DNA of 60,697 bases, counting the filler. It is 3 parts of 3 records of this genome, joined end to end, with 100 filler letters (N's around TTAATTAATTAA, not from the genome) between each part and the next. Parts side by side here need not be neighbours in the genome. Positions count along the whole stretch, not along the records: positions 50,627 to 60,697 come from SRR20825006_1138; 2 more parts are not named here. One strand, given 5' to 3'. The position numbers and the translations under genes are program-made. Positions 58,723 to 60,697 of the stretch are shown here, in pieces. The notes below the pieces were generated by a model that was given only the letters and a program-made list of their open reading frames with translations, did not search any database and had not been told where the DNA came from. The stretch's first letter is position 1. Every line of letters begins with the position of its first letter.

Positions 58723-60697
58723 TTAGTTGCCGTGCTTTTCCGCCAGATAGAACCAGGTATCCAGCACCGAATCCGGGTTAAGGGAAACAGACGAGATGCC
58801 CTGCTCCATCAGCCACTTGGCAAGATCCGGATGGTCTGACGGGCCCTGACCACAAATACCGATGTACTTGCCTTGAGCATTACAGGCGTCGATGGCCATC
58901 TTCAGCAGCTTTTTCACCGCCGGATCACGCTCATCGAACAGGTGGCTGACAATACCGGAATCCCGATCCAGGCCCAGCGTCAGCTGAGTCAAATCGTTGG
59001 AACCGATGGAGAAGCCGTCGAAGTGCTGCAGGAACTCATCCGCTAACAAGGCGTTGGTTGGCAGTTCGCACATCATGATGACACGCAGACCGTTCTCGCC
59101 TCGCTTAAGACCGTTTTTGCCAAGCAGATCAATAACCTGCTCTGCTTCACCCACCGTGCGTACGAACGGCACCATGAGTTCCACGTTGGTGAAGCCCATC
59201 TCATCGCGGACTTTCTTCATGGCACGACATTCGAGCTCAAAACAGTCGCGGAAGTTTTCACTGATGTAACGGCTGGCACCACGGAAGCCCAGCATCGGGT
59301 TCTCTTCTTCAGGCTCGTACAGCTTGCCGCCGATCAGGTTGGCGTATTCGTTGGACTTGAAGTCAGACAGACGCACAATCACTTTCTCAGGATGGAAAGC
59401 CGCTGCCAGGGTGGAAACGCCCTCAACCAGCTTCTCAACGTAGAAATCCACCGGATCGCCGTAACCGGCAGTCCGCTTGTCTACGTTCTGCTTCACGTCT
59501 TTGGGCATGGAGTCGTAGTTCAGCAGCGCCTTGGGGTGCACGCCAATCATACGGTTGATGATGAACTCCAGACGGGCCAGGCCCACACCCTGGTTCGGCA
59601 AGCCAGCGAAATCAAAGGCCCGGTCCGGATTACCCACGTTCATCATGATCTTGAACGGCAGTTTGGGCATGGACTGAATGGAGTTACGCTGAATATCAAA
59701 CTCCAGCTGACCTTCGTAGATCTTGCCGGTGTCGCCCTCTGCACAGGAGGCGGTCACTTCCTGGCCATCTTTAAGAATATCAGTGGCGTCACCGCAGCCA
59801 ACGATGGCCGGCACACCCAGTTCGCGAGCAATAATAGCCGCGTGACAGGTACGGCCGCCACGGTTGGTAATAATGGCCGCAGCACGCTTCATAACCGGTT
59901 CCCAATCCGGGTCGGTCATGTCGGTTACCAGTACGTCACCAGGCTGAACCTTGTCCATTTCCTTGATGCTGGTTACCACGCGCACTTTACCCGCACCGAT
60001 GCGCTGGCCGATGGAACGCCCTTCTACCAGCACTTTACCGGTCTGCTTGAGCAGGTAGCGCTCCATCACGTTCACGTCGGAACGGCTCTTCACGGTCTCC
60101 GGGCGAGCCTGAACAATGTACAACTTGCCATCGTCGCCATCCAGCGCCCATTCGATATCCATGGGCATGCCATAGTGTTTCTCGATCTCAATCGCCTGGC
60201 GTGACAGGTTTTCGATCTGCTCATCCGTCAGGCAGAAGCGAATGCGCTCATCCTTGTCCACGTCAACGATTTCAACAGACTTGCCCGCGCTGCCTTCAGC
60301 ACCATAGATCATTTTTTGCATCTTGCTGCCCAAATTGCGACGCAACACAGCAGGCTTCTTGTTCAGCAGCGTTTTCTTGTGAACGTAGAATTCGTCCGGG
60401 TTTACCGCACCCTGTACGACCATCTCGCCCAACCCGTAGGAAGCAGTAATGAAGACTACGTCCTTGAAACCGGATTCAGTATCCATGGAGAACATCACGC
60501 CAGCAGCGCCCGTCTCGGAGCGCACCATGCGCTGAACACCGGCGGAGAGAGCCACCAGTTTGTGGTCAAAGCCCTGGTGAACGCGATAGCTGATGGCGCG
60601 GTCGTTAAACAGGGAGGCGAATACCTCTTTAACCGCAATCATGACACTATCAACGCCACGGATATTCAGGAAGGTTTCCTGCTGACCGGCGAAAGAC
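58723..60697 (-). CDS. ppsA: phosphoenolpyruvate synthase (5' end outside the window)
   Basis: [22 protein letters not shown] (phospho-His), [17 protein letters not shown] and GICGQGPSD. The frame is open to the window edge. Confidence 0.97.
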   Translation of the reverse strand, partial: SFAGQQETFLNIRGVDSVMIAVKEVFASLFNDRAISYRVHQGFDHKLVALSAGVQRMVRSETGAAGVMFSMDTESGFKDVVFITASYGLGEMVVQGAVNPDEFYVHKKTLLNKKPAVLRRNLGSKMQKMIYGAEGSAGKSVEIVDVDKDERIRFCLTDEQIENLSRQAIEIEKHYGMPMDIEWALDGDDGKLYIVQARPETVKSRSDVNVMERYLLKQTGKVLVEGRSIGQRIGAGKVRVVTSIKEMDKVQPGDVLVTDMTDPDWEPVMKRAAAIITNRGGRTCHAAIIARELGVPAIVGCGDATDILKDGQEVTASCAEGDTGKIYEGQLEFDIQRNSIQSMPKLPFKIMMNVGNPDRAFDFAGLPNQGVGLARLEFIINRMIGVHPKALLNYDSMPKDVKQNVDKRTAGYGDPVDFYVEKLVEGVSTLAAAFHPEKVIVRLSDFKSNEYANLIGGKLYEPEEENPMLGFRGASRYISENFRDCFELECRAMKKVRDEMGFTNVELMVPFVRTVGEAEQVIDLLGKNGLKRGENGLRVIMMCELPTNALLADEFLQHFDGFSIGSNDLTQLTLGLDRDSGIVSHLFDERDPAVKKLLKMAIDACNAQGKYIGICGQGPSDHPDLAKWLMEQGISSVSLNPDSVLDTWFYLAEKHGN

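Noticed and set aside
1-60697. CRISPR arrays, tRNA/rRNA genes, transposases and defence systems
   Set aside because: None recognised by eye. The repeats found are 7-mers or coding repeats without spacer structure. A covariance-model scan was not possible.

Overview
This window is not one locus. It is three unrelated bacterial contigs joined by artificial 100-nt linkers (N44-TTAATTAATTAA-N44 at 20059-20158 and 50527-50626). Contig 1 (1-20058, GC-rich, Planctomycete, Rhodopirellula-like by inference) carries tyrA, a PurS-PurS-PurL fusion, a His/Cys-rich DUF2946-like ORF ending in RGPP upstream of a His/Asp-rich DUF1559 prepilin-like gene, an RdgC-like gene, 5-FTHF cyclo-ligase, rhaB, about 1.2 kb of non-coding DNA and rpoB-rpoC. 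Contig 2 (20159-50526, AT-rich, Flavobacteriaceae-like) carries partial mutS, a TrmH methylase, an unlisted 44-aa membrane ORF, a folK-deoxynucleoside kinase fusion with no canonical start codon, yhhQ, AsmA, a PorE-like OmpA protein, waaA, a non-canonical LexA-type repressor with GGA-N5-TCC boxes facing a radical-SAM DNA-repair pair, four small acidic C-R-E lipoproteins, fabD, folA, egtB-egtD with a nearby PLP enzyme, thyA, a CNT transporter and partial etfA. Contig 3 (50627-60697, Gammaproteobacterium, Alcanivorax-like by inference) carries DUF805, DUF1232, an orphan ParA with an upstream DnaA-box cluster, a cytochrome P450, gor, an FMN glutamate-synthase-family gene, an SLT, a Rieske protein and partial ppsA. 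The best candidate for an undescribed system is a putative metal-sensing ribosome-arrest leader (CxxC plus C-terminal RGPP) controlling a His-rich planctomycete DUF1559 pilin-like protein. All family calls come from motif recognition, not database searches.
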